Below are positions 32,730 to 41,690 of a stretch of DNA of 64,000 nt, piece after piece. The stretch covers positions 32,001-96,000 of the forward strand of contig CAXFSR010000036.1 of NCBI GenBank assembly GCA_964005815.1. The letters run 5' to 3'. Position numbers and translations under genes: made by a program. This stretch comes from an uncultured Nitrospinaceae bacterium. Lineage in GTDB: Bacteria; UBA8248. The notes beneath the pieces are model-generated. The model made no database searches, had not been told where the DNA came from, and worked only from the letters and a program-made list of their open reading frames with translations. Positions within the stretch are counted from its first letter, which is position 1. Each line of letters opens with the position of its first letter.

Positions 32730-33809
32730 TCAATCAACTGATAAAGGAAAAATAATAGGCTTCGACTCTTTCGCACTTTTCTCAATTGCGAGTGTGACCT
32801 CAAGGGTAGTTCGTGCATGTTCAGGATCTGTTAAAGGAATTGATTTTCCTGCAACGACATGATCCAACCAGTAACGTGTTTCATCTCGCATAGGACCCCA
32901 AAAATCTCCTACTAGGAAGTCTCCTGCCATCATACTCTCTAGAAAAACAACATTTGTCCTAAAATCTGGGACATAAGGAGATGGGACACCTTTAGAAGTT
33001 GCCAGTATTGAAGATTTATGAGAATCATCAATGAAAATTGCTCCCTTATCACCCATAACTTCCATATCCATAGAAGTTACATTTGAGGGCCAATTGTCAG
33101 GCAGAATCCAAGAACAACCAAAGTTAATTGAACTACCGTCATCGAGGCTTAAAATAGCCCATGCCCAATCACCACATCCCATAGGATGATGAGGGAAAAT
33201 TTCGCTGCCTCCTTGAGCATATACACTTACAGGCCTTCTCCCTTCGAAATACCATAAAGAAATATCAACCATATATGTTAGTGTATCCGTGACTGGACCA
33301 GCGTGCGGTGCGCGTTTGTATATTTCTGCACCACCTGACATAATATTATAGAGTGTAGCCCTAGCCGTTTGAAGTTCTCCTAACTTACCCTGGCTAATTT
33401 GTTCTTTCGCATTTAAAAAACGTCTTCGTACTCTTTGAGTATATCCAATATGCAAATTTCCATTATGATTATGCAAACAGTTTAAAATTTTGTCAGCGTC
33501 TTCTAAAGAAAGAGAAATAGGTTTTTCGCATAAGACCGGCTTTCCTAATTCGATACCTCTACAAACAGGTTCTGCATGTGCAAATTCAGGAGTTGAAACG
33601 ATAACTGCATCTACCTCTGGGTGATTTAAAACTGCTTCGTTATCTTCTGAAAAAAAATCTGCGTCGACTTCTTCAGCTAGTCTCTTTGCATTTTCAATAT
33701 TCTGATCTGAAAGTGCTAAAAAACTTACTTGAGGAGAACTTGATGCAAGATTAGCTCTTAATCTGCCCATTCTACCCGAACCAATTATGCCTACACCGAT
33801 CTGTTTCAA
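32730..33809 (-). CDS. Gfo/Idh/MocA family oxidoreductase (paralog 2)
   Basis: GIIGSGRMG, VIVSTPE.AH, CEKP, GYTQR. Confidence 0.92.
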   Translation of the reverse strand: MKQIGVGIIGSGRMGRLRANLASSSPQVSFLALSDQNIENAKRLAEEVDADFFSEDNEAVLNHPEVDAVIVSTPEFAHAEPVCRGIELGKPVLCEKPISLSLEDADKILNCLHNHNGNLHIGYTQRVRRRFLNAKEQISQGKLGELQTARATLYNIMSGGAEIYKRAPHAGPVTDTLTYMVDISLWYFEGRRPVSVYAQGGSEIFPHHPMGCGDWAWAILSLDDGSSINFGCSWILPDNWPSNVTSMDMEVMGDKGAIFIDDSHKSSILATSKGVPSPYVPDFRTNVVFLESMMAGDFLVGDFWGPMRDETRYWLDHVVAGKSIPLTDPEHARTTLEVTLAIEKSAKESKPIIFPLSVD

Positions 33810-33812
33810 TTT

Positions 33813-34904
33813 TTATCCTCTCAAAGGTAAATCTATAACTTTTCCGCCTTGCCTTGCACTAGTTTCCATAGCAACTGTAAGTTCAAGAGCATTCCTGCCT
33901 GCATTAGCATCGCAGAGGGGAATTTCTTTTCCAGTAGTTACTCTCTCAACAAATAATCTAGTTTCGTCTCTCATAGGACCAATAAACTCTCCCACTACCC
34001 AATCTCCTGGCATGGCCGAACCTAAAAAAGAAACATTAAAAGAAGAATCTGGAACATAAGAAGAGGGTGTTTCTTCCTCGCTAACCATCATTACATCTTT
34101 ATGTCCATCATCAATTCTAATAGCCCCTTCACTTCCAAAAATATCCATACTGATAGTGGCAACTGTAGCAGGCCACTTTTCAGGAAGTATCCAAGAAGAA
34201 CCAAGATTAACAGCAGAACCATCCTCAAAAGTAACTATCGCCCAACCATAATCTCCTAATTTCTCAGGATGTTCAGAAAAGATTTTGCTCCCACCAAGAG
34301 CATAAACTCGGACGGGCTTTAAAGGTTCGAAAAACCAGAGAGCCATATCGGCCATATATGTTAAAGCATCAGAAATCGGACTAGCATGTGGTGCTCTTTG
34401 ATAAACTTGTTTAGCAACAGACATTGGATTGTATATACAAAGCCTTCCTGACATGACTTTGCCAAGACGACCATCTTGAATATGTTCTTTCACAGAGAGA
34501 AACTTTCTTCTAAGACGTTGTGTATATCCTATATAAAGTTCAGTACCAGTCTTTTTCTGAATTTCTAAAATTTTATCTGCATCTTTAAGACTTAAAGCAA
34601 TTGGTTTCTCAACCAAAACAGGCTTTTGATTTTCAAGTGCGAGACAAATCCACTCAGTATGTTCTCCTTCAGGAGTAGACACAATTACTGCACCAACGTT
34701 TGGATGTTCAATAACAGCTTTATTATCATCAGAAAAAAAAGCTGCTTCGGTCTGTTGAGCCAGACCTTTAGCTTTTTCCTTGTCAATATCTGATATTGCA
34801 AGGAAGTCTACTTGTGGAGAAGTCGCAGAGAGGTGAGCTCTTAAAGAGCCCATTCTTCCAGCACCCACCAAACCTATTCCTATCTGTTTTTTAGGTACAA
34901 CCAT
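33813..34904 (-). CDS. Gfo/Idh/MocA family oxidoreductase (paralog 1)
   Basis: GLVGAGRMG, VIVSTPE.EH, VEKP, GYTQR; visibly similar to the downstream neighbour. Confidence 0.92.
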   Translation of the reverse strand: MVVPKKQIGIGLVGAGRMGSLRAHLSATSPQVDFLAISDIDKEKAKGLAQQTEAAFFSDDNKAVIEHPNVGAVIVSTPEGEHTEWICLALENQKPVLVEKPIALSLKDADKILEIQKKTGTELYIGYTQRLRRKFLSVKEHIQDGRLGKVMSGRLCIYNPMSVAKQVYQRAPHASPISDALTYMADMALWFFEPLKPVRVYALGGSKIFSEHPEKLGDYGWAIVTFEDGSAVNLGSSWILPEKWPATVATISMDIFGSEGAIRIDDGHKDVMMVSEEETPSSYVPDSSFNVSFLGSAMPGDWVVGEFIGPMRDETRLFVERVTTGKEIPLCDANAGRNALELTVAMETSARQGGKVIDLPLRG

Positions 34905-35034
34905 TCCAACCTCATGAATGAAATACTTGTTATACTTTTCAGTCTAACAAATAAAAAAAAAACACAACACTAGCAACGTCAAAATAAAATTATTATATTG
35001 AGCATAAGTACGAATATTTAAAAGGAGACTTTTT

Positions 35035-36078
35035 TTGGAAAAATCGCAGTCACTAGCCGCTATTTTAAAAGGACCAAAGAATCTTTGCTTAGAAATGAGA
35101 GATATTCCTGACCCAGGAAAAAATGAAGTACTAGTTGAAGTAAAAGCATGCGCAATTTGTGGAAGTGACTTTCACTTGATTGACGGCCATACTAAAAGGG
35201 CTCGTTTGCCAGTGGTTCCTGGACATGAACTTATGGGAAAAGTTGTTGATGTTGGTAAGAACGTTTCAAAAGATATTATAGGAAACAGATTTTGTATAGA
35301 AAATCATGTTGCATGTGGTGAGTGCCGATACTGTAAAGCTAACCGAGAAAATTTATGTAATAACTCTAGGTCTATTGGAACTACGATAGATGGAGGATAT
35401 AGTCAACATGTAATTGCTCCTGCGAATAAACTTGTTCCAATTCCAGATAAATTAGATGATGCAACCGCTTCAGTAATGCAAACACTTGCAACCGGATATC
35501 ATGTAGTAAATAACCGAGCAAATTTAAAAAAGAATGAGACTGCAGCAATTATAGGTGTTGGACCAATTGGTTTGTGTACTCTTGCTTGCGCTAAACAAAT
35601 TGGTGCAAGAGTAATTGTCATTGATACGGTTGAAGATAGACTTTCACTAGCGAAAAAAATGGGGGCTGATGAAACTATAAATGCTTTAGAAGTAGACCCA
35701 GTAGAAAAAGTCAAAACCCTAACTGATGGTGAAGGAGCAGAAGTTAGCTTCGAAATAGTTGGAGGGAATCAGTCTAAAACAATTCAGCAATCAATTGACA
35801 TGCTATGTAAGGGAGGAAGAACTGTAATTGTTGGAGTTTCTGGAATTGATATCCCAATCGATTTTCAGCCTATTCAACACTTAGAGAAAGTCATTATTGG
35901 GTCAAGAGGACATCCTTATTCGTTCATGCCCTGTATTGAACACGTTGTTTCAGGAAATCTTAATATAAGCGAAATGATCACACATCAAATTCCTCTTTCG
36001 ATGGTTGAAGAAGGAATTAAAATGATGAGAGAAAGAAAAGACGGAGCTGTTAAAGTCGTTCTTATCCCAAACGAATAA
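35035..36078 (+). CDS. Zn-dependent MDR alcohol dehydrogenase (threonine/sorbitol dehydrogenase-like)
   Basis: ICGSD, PGHE, structural Zn CGECRYC...C, GVGPIG. Confidence 0.92.
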   Translation: MEKSQSLAAILKGPKNLCLEMRDIPDPGKNEVLVEVKACAICGSDFHLIDGHTKRARLPVVPGHELMGKVVDVGKNVSKDIIGNRFCIENHVACGECRYCKANRENLCNNSRSIGTTIDGGYSQHVIAPANKLVPIPDKLDDATASVMQTLATGYHVVNNRANLKKNETAAIIGVGPIGLCTLACAKQIGARVIVIDTVEDRLSLAKKMGADETINALEVDPVEKVKTLTDGEGAEVSFEIVGGNQSKTIQQSIDMLCKGGRTVIVGVSGIDIPIDFQPIQHLEKVIIGSRGHPYSFMPCIEHVVSGNLNISEMITHQIPLSMVEEGIKMMRERKDGAVKVVLIPNE

Positions 36079-36102
36079 TAAACAGAATTTTTTGGAGAAA
36101 AT

Positions 36103-36999
36103 ATGCAATCAAAGAAAAAAACTATTGGATTTATTGGTCTGGGTTTAATGGGTCAGGCTTTCACAAATAACTTAATGAAAGATGGTTATACAATTTTTGG
36201 CACAGATCCAGTTCCATTGGCAAAAAGAAGATTCAAAAGAAAAGGCGGCAAAGTTCTCGATTCACCAAAGGCAGTCGTGGAAAAAGCAGATATCACATTT
36301 ATTTCAGTTCCAAACTCTAAAATCTCTCTAAATTGTGCAGAAGGAAAGAATGGTTATACATTTATAAAGAAACAAGCTTCAAGAAAAATAATTATAGACA
36401 CTACAACCTCGGACCCGGATGACACCAGAAAAATCAGTTCTCTTTGTAAAAAAACTAAATTGGATTTTTTAGAAGGATGTATAAGCGGAAACAGCAAAGA
36501 TGTAAAAAATAGAATTGGCCTTTTCTTAGTTGGAGGAGAAGAAAAAACATATAAGAAAGTCAAACCCCTTTTAGGAAATCTTTTATCAGATCAGATTTAT
36601 TGTGGAAAAGCTGGTTCGGGTGCAACTATGAAAGTAATCATAAATTATTTGACATGTCTTGAACGCTGTTCAATTGCAGAAACATTAAGAATAGGACTCC
36701 GTTCAGGTATAAAAAAAGATCTCCTACTAGAATGTCTACTAAGAAGCGCTGCCTCTGGAAAGCAGCTTGAAAAAAGAGGAGCTAGAATGTTAGGACACAA
36801 ATTTTCTGACCCAGTAAGTTCATTGGCCACAATGATTAAAGATATGAAATTAGGACTTACACTCGCAAAAAAAACCAAATCTTCTACTCCAGTAGGAAAG
36901 GCTTGCCTTCCTATTTACGAACTTGGAGGAAAATCTGAATATGGGGAACTTGATAGCTCAGTTATCTACAAAGTTTTCGAAGACCTTGAGACCAAATAA
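36103..36999 (+). CDS. 3-hydroxyisobutyrate dehydrogenase / beta-hydroxyacid dehydrogenase family
   Basis: IGFIGLGLMG, IDTTT, GSGATMKVIIN, KDMKL. Confidence 0.85.
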   Translation: MQSKKKTIGFIGLGLMGQAFTNNLMKDGYTIFGTDPVPLAKRRFKRKGGKVLDSPKAVVEKADITFISVPNSKISLNCAEGKNGYTFIKKQASRKIIIDTTTSDPDDTRKISSLCKKTKLDFLEGCISGNSKDVKNRIGLFLVGGEEKTYKKVKPLLGNLLSDQIYCGKAGSGATMKVIINYLTCLERCSIAETLRIGLRSGIKKDLLLECLLRSAASGKQLEKRGARMLGHKFSDPVSSLATMIKDMKLGLTLAKKTKSSTPVGKACLPIYELGGKSEYGELDSSVIYKVFEDLETK

Positions 37000-37019
37000 A
37001 AATTCAACTCAAAAAGAAC

Positions 37020-38606
37020 TTAACGAAGACCAGCAAGTTCTTGAAGACGATGCCAGTTCTTAAGTCTTTCTTCGTTAGTAGCTAACAAGACTTCCGAAGG
37101 ATTGCCATCTTTATCAAATTGTTTTGCAAAACGACCTTCAGTTCTTGCAAAATCTATAAAATTCACCTCTTCTTTAGTCTTAGGATTCACATACCAGTCT
37201 TTATTTGGAGAAGGATTACCTGTGAGATTCATTCTCTCTTTGATCGTATTTCCACGCCTTGGATCGTAAGTGAAAACAGGAAAAGCTCTACTGTCGGCCG
37301 CTAACTTCGCCTGAGCACCAGCCATATCATCTGCAACACCATGTTCTGGTTGACATGTTGTAAAAACATTTATAACCGCAGGTCCAGGGAACTCATTCGC
37401 TTCCATTATTGAGCGATAAAAATGATTTACATGCGCACAAGTCGTCTGAGAAACGTATACATCCCCGTGCATCAAACATATCGTACTTAGTTCTTTTCTT
37501 GCTTCAGTTTTACCCTGAACAACTTTTCCATGCTGACTCATTTTGGCATCTTGTCCTCCATAACTGCTTGTTGATGCCTGGCCACCAGTATTAGAATAAA
37601 CTTGTGTATCTAAAACTAAAACTTTAATATCTACACCACTTGCAAGCATTCTGGATAAAGACTGAAACCCTATATCTAACATGGCTCCATCTCCACCAAT
37701 AACCCAAAGTCGTTTGTCTTCCATACCCTCTTGATCCCATCTTGCCCTCACACCCATTGCAACAGCAGGACCATTTTCAAAAAGACTATTTGTCCAAGGA
37801 ACAATATAAGGGTTGTAAGGATATGTACTTGTATAAACGGTATTACAACCCGTACTTGCTACAATTCCCATTCCTTCTTTTCCATATGTGAAACCAGTTG
37901 CGGCAGTCATCATTCTAAGAGCAGTTGCCTCGCCACAACCCATACAACTACCTGCACCACCTACATACAGTAACGATCGTTCCGTTAGCATCATATCTGC
38001 AAGGAATTTTTCATTTACATATTCTTCGGGAGTTTCAGGTAGAGTTTTATAAAAATCCCATTCTTGCTGAAAATCTTCTAACATTTTTTGATCTTTTGGC
38101 ACCATACCGAGCGACTCATGACTCCCGCAGACCTCTACACATTCACCACACCCTTTACATTTAGTTGGATCTACAAAAATCCCAAACATTGCTCCTTCTA
38201 TTCCCTTTTTTTCAGCCTGTCCGTGGAATTTTTTTGTCTTTGAGAATCTAGCTTGGAGACGTTTCTTCTCTTCAGGATCGCTTATATCATTTAATTTTTT
38301 TTCAAGATCGCTTTCTGAGATGCCAATTCCAAGAATGGCTGTATCTGGACATTCTGTAACACAATCCATACAACCAACACATTTGTCATTGTAAAATTCT
38401 GGTAGATCCGGAGCAATATAACTAAAGTCACGAAGGGCACCAGTTCCTGCTGGAACTATACTTCTCGCAACCTGAATATCTGCATCCAGTCCCAACTCTG
38501 CAGAACCATCATTGTAAGCACCTACTACACGACTATTAAAGTCTGCTATATCCAAGAAAGTTTCTTCTTCCTCTGTATTCAGTGTAACATTTTCTCTTTC
38601 TGACAT
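37020..38606 (-). CDS. 2-oxoacid (pyruvate):ferredoxin oxidoreductase, ferredoxin + TPP-binding subunit
   Basis: CVGCMDCVTECP and CKGCGECVEVC, GSCMGCGE, NSLFEN, TPP motif GGDGAMLDIG, YSNTGGQAS. Confidence 0.92.
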   Translation of the reverse strand: MSERENVTLNTEEEETFLDIADFNSRVVGAYNDGSAELGLDADIQVARSIVPAGTGALRDFSYIAPDLPEFYNDKCVGCMDCVTECPDTAILGIGISESDLEKKLNDISDPEEKKRLQARFSKTKKFHGQAEKKGIEGAMFGIFVDPTKCKGCGECVEVCGSHESLGMVPKDQKMLEDFQQEWDFYKTLPETPEEYVNEKFLADMMLTERSLLYVGGAGSCMGCGEATALRMMTAATGFTYGKEGMGIVASTGCNTVYTSTYPYNPYIVPWTNSLFENGPAVAMGVRARWDQEGMEDKRLWVIGGDGAMLDIGFQSLSRMLASGVDIKVLVLDTQVYSNTGGQASTSSYGGQDAKMSQHGKVVQGKTEARKELSTICLMHGDVYVSQTTCAHVNHFYRSIMEANEFPGPAVINVFTTCQPEHGVADDMAGAQAKLAADSRAFPVFTYDPRRGNTIKERMNLTGNPSPNKDWYVNPKTKEEVNFIDFARTEGRFAKQFDKDGNPSEVLLATNEERLKNWHRLQELAGLR

Positions 38607-38619
38607 TATAAGCCCCTAT

Positions 38620-40611
38620 TTATTCGACCAATTCCAAATCTGCCATCTTATTTATCATTTCAGAGGGCAATTCATGAATCTCTGTAAATCCACGTCTGAC
38701 ACATTCCATATTATCTATGACTACCTGCTCACCTCTTCTACCAAAATATTTTCGAATCGATTTTTCAACACTAGAAAAAATATCTTCCTCAGTTAAATTC
38801 TTTTGTTCCATAAACGGAGTACATTTCAAAAAGATTCCAAGTAAAACTATCCCTTGCATCCTTTGCTCTAACGAAGGATCACTTGCTATTTCCCTCGCTA
38901 CTTTAACTGTATCCATGAAAAGAACTCTCGCACTTTTTTGCCTCAAGATATTTCTGGAAGCTGGAGGAATATTTTCCCATACTTTTTCGGGATCTTCTTC
39001 ATCAGTTTGAACAAATACCATTCCTTTATCTGAAAGACCCTTTAGTGGATTGCCAGACTTAAAAGCATTTACGTCATTGAGTGGAATGAATTCAACATCA
39101 TTTAACTCACAATGTGTTCTAATTACATCATCTGCAATTGTAAGATAGTATGTAGTAGGAAGACCTTTTTTCTCAGATCCATATTTTGGGTAAGCCTGCA
39201 CATTCATCCCGAAAGTATCACCAGCTATGGTCGCTATAACTTTGTTGGTAGTGACTGACCCATATCCACCAACTGAATGTCCTCTCATTGAAAAGGCACC
39301 AGCTGGGCGAAGATCTGGATCTTCCTCTACATCTAAAGCCGTAGCATGTTTAATTCCTAGTGAAAAATATCGCTGTTGATCTTCTGTCTTCGAATCCATC
39401 ATATTTTTTAGACATGCAAGGAAATCACCTGGCCTAACATCTCGGCTTCCTAAGCCAGCTGAACAAGAAAAGACTACAGGAATTCTATCTATTTCTGGAT
39501 AATTTTTTACTCCGGTTAATGAATCTGCAAAAGACGATTTAATTTCAGCAGTGAGAGGATTAGATTGGGCACTGGGCACGTCAAGTCTCTCTAATACCGT
39601 AAATGCTTTTGTATTCTTTAGGGCATCAACAATTTCATCACCTGGGAATGGCCTAAAAGACGTGACATTTACAAGACCAACCTTGTGACCCTGACTTCTT
39701 AAATAATCTACGGCGGCGATTGCAGTTTCCATATAGCAACCCATACCTACAAACGCATATTCAGCATCCTCTATACAATAAGATTCTGTTAATCCGTATT
39801 TTCTACCCGTCGCCTCATAAAATTCCTGCATCGCATTTTTTAGGAGTTCAGGAATTTGATCATAGAAATATCGTTGAGAAATTTTTCCTTTCATATAAGA
39901 ATCCTGATTTTGCACAACACCTATCATAGTAGGATTATCAAAATCCATATTATTTCTTATTTTTTCAAGAGGAGGGCCAATAAACTCTTTCATAAATTCA
40001 GGTTCAGGCAAAGAAACGTTTTCAATAGTATGAGTGGTAAGAAAACCATCTTGAATGTTTAGAAAAGGAGTCTCAGAATCTTCTGCAACACGCCTTGAAA
40101 TAAGTGCTAAATCTCCAGCTTCTTGCGCAGTTCTCGCAAACAACATACCCCACCCACAATCAGCAACACCCATAACATCATCGTGACCAGCATGTACATT
40201 TAAACTCTGCGAAGTCAATGCTCTTGCACCAATATGAAACACAGCTGGTAGCCTTTTTCCACTTATGGTGTAAAGTACCTCTTTCATCAAGATAAGTCCT
40301 TGCCCTGAAGTAAAATTGGAAACTCTTCCGCCGGCAACAGCAAAGCCTTCACATGTGCTTGCGCTGGAGTGTTCGCTTTCGAGTTCTAGAAAGAAAAGTT
40401 TTTCTCCCCAAAGGTTCTCCTTACCATTAGAAACTTCAGCCTGATAACCCTGACCCATTGTTGTTGAACTGGTAATAGGATATGCACAAGCTCCCTGTGT
40501 TATATGCGTTTCAACCCAAGCTACTGCGGCAGCACCGTCTGCAGTAGTAGGAAGACCCGGATACTTAAAAACTCCAGATCCATTTTCGCTATTTCCGTTT
40601 GTATGATTCAT
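38620..40611 (-). CDS. 2-oxoacid (pyruvate):ferredoxin oxidoreductase, alpha+gamma domain subunit
   Basis: AYPITSS, ESEHSSAS, FTSGQGL.LM.E, FRPFP, GLGSRD, gamma domain SVGGYGSVT..K, YGSEKKG. Confidence 0.92.
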   Translation of the reverse strand: MNHTNGNSENGSGVFKYPGLPTTADGAAAVAWVETHITQGACAYPITSSTTMGQGYQAEVSNGKENLWGEKLFFLELESEHSSASTCEGFAVAGGRVSNFTSGQGLILMKEVLYTISGKRLPAVFHIGARALTSQSLNVHAGHDDVMGVADCGWGMLFARTAQEAGDLALISRRVAEDSETPFLNIQDGFLTTHTIENVSLPEPEFMKEFIGPPLEKIRNNMDFDNPTMIGVVQNQDSYMKGKISQRYFYDQIPELLKNAMQEFYEATGRKYGLTESYCIEDAEYAFVGMGCYMETAIAAVDYLRSQGHKVGLVNVTSFRPFPGDEIVDALKNTKAFTVLERLDVPSAQSNPLTAEIKSSFADSLTGVKNYPEIDRIPVVFSCSAGLGSRDVRPGDFLACLKNMMDSKTEDQQRYFSLGIKHATALDVEEDPDLRPAGAFSMRGHSVGGYGSVTTNKVIATIAGDTFGMNVQAYPKYGSEKKGLPTTYYLTIADDVIRTHCELNDVEFIPLNDVNAFKSGNPLKGLSDKGMVFVQTDEEDPEKVWENIPPASRNILRQKSARVLFMDTVKVAREIASDPSLEQRMQGIVLLGIFLKCTPFMEQKNLTEEDIFSSVEKSIRKYFGRRGEQVVIDNMECVRRGFTEIHELPSEMINKMADLELVE

Positions 40612-40894
40612 TCTAATTTCACCTATTTCGTATAAAGATTAGTAAGATTCAACAGGATTTTTAATGAACTAATTACCCAATTATAAAGGAAAGTACCCTT
40701 AAGTTCAATGAAAATAGATACAAAAAAATACAAATTATTTAAATCTTTTAAAAACAATAGGTTACAGAATACAATCGAGAGTTTGTCAAGATTTGCTCTT
40801 CTTAATAAAAATGATTTAACATTACTTTGACAATACAGTCCCAAAAAAGGTTATTATAGAATATAAACTCATTCATAAAGGAGAGTGTACCTAA

Positions 40895-41647
40895 ATGGAA
40901 CCAGTTAAAATCTACACGAGGCACGGTTGATTTTCATGTGCAAGAATGAAAGAGTTTCTTTCAGAAAATGGCATCCCAATAGAAAATCGAGATTGCACAA
41001 ATGATCCTGTTGCTCAAAAAGAATTAAATGAACTTGGAATCAAAGCTTTACCTGTAGCAGTAAGAGGATCAAAAATTGTAATTGGTTTTGATGAAAAAAA
41101 ACTAATCGAAACTTTCGAGATAGAAAAAAAATTACGAGAACCTTTAAATGTTCATTCTATAATGCGCTTTACCTCAAAAGTGTTTTTGGCAACAAAACGT
41201 GCGATAAATCAAATCCCAAAAGAAAAACTCGACTGGATTTCACCTGACCGTCCCAGATCTCTCAGACAACTAACGTGGCATATATTTGAGAGATTCGAAC
41301 TTTGCATGGAAGCATATACTTCTGAACACTACACAGAAGATATGGTTAGAAGATATGAAAAGGAAGCAAATAATTATAAAGCTAACGAAGACATTTGTTT
41401 ATATGGTGACAAAGTTGAAGATAAATTAAAAAAATTCATCAATGAAAATGAACAAAATATAGATAAAGAAATAGATAGCTATATGGGAAAAATAACTATT
41501 CAAAAACTTTTAGAAATGGCTTTAGGACATGGAGTTCAGCATCTACGACATACATATCATTACTTTGAAATGTTAAATATAGTCCCGGATTCCCCTTTAA
41601 AGCCAGATGATTACAAGGAAATTCCCGTACCAAAGGAATTGTTCTAA
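40895..41647 (+). CDS. Candidate selenoprotein: glutaredoxin/NrdH-like UxxC domain fused to DinB-like domain (250 aa, Sec12)
   Basis: AAGGAG RBS, ATG at 40895, MEPVKIYTRHG, TGA at 40928-40930, then FSCARMKEFL in frame with the track ORF at 40946. Grx features: VKIYT, xFSC, KEFL, ALPV cis-Pro, IGFD. DinB-like RSLRQLTWH and HGVQH. Confidence 0.8.
40930..40969 (+). promoter_or_regulatory. Putative bacterial SECIS element
   Basis: Upper stem TGAAAGA (40947-40953)/TCTTTCA (40957-40963) with a GTT loop starting 23 nt after the UGA; lower stem ATTTTC/GAAAAT. Confidence 0.55.
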
Positions 41648-41690
41648 AAAATTGAAATTTAAATAATTAAATAATATGGAGTAAAACCTT

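Noticed and set aside
40623..40844. 73-aa minus-strand ORF in the PFOR / Grx-DinB intergenic region
   Set aside because: AT-rich, no motif or clear RBS, and it spans the divergent promoter region.
40928..40930. TGA as evidence for genetic code 4/25 or a simple pseudogene
   Set aside because: TGA ends many genes here at their expected C-termini (hisF, prfA, gcvP, ileS, mrpC, mrpE). A pseudogene is less likely because the only lesion is at the catalytic Cys position, though it is not excluded.
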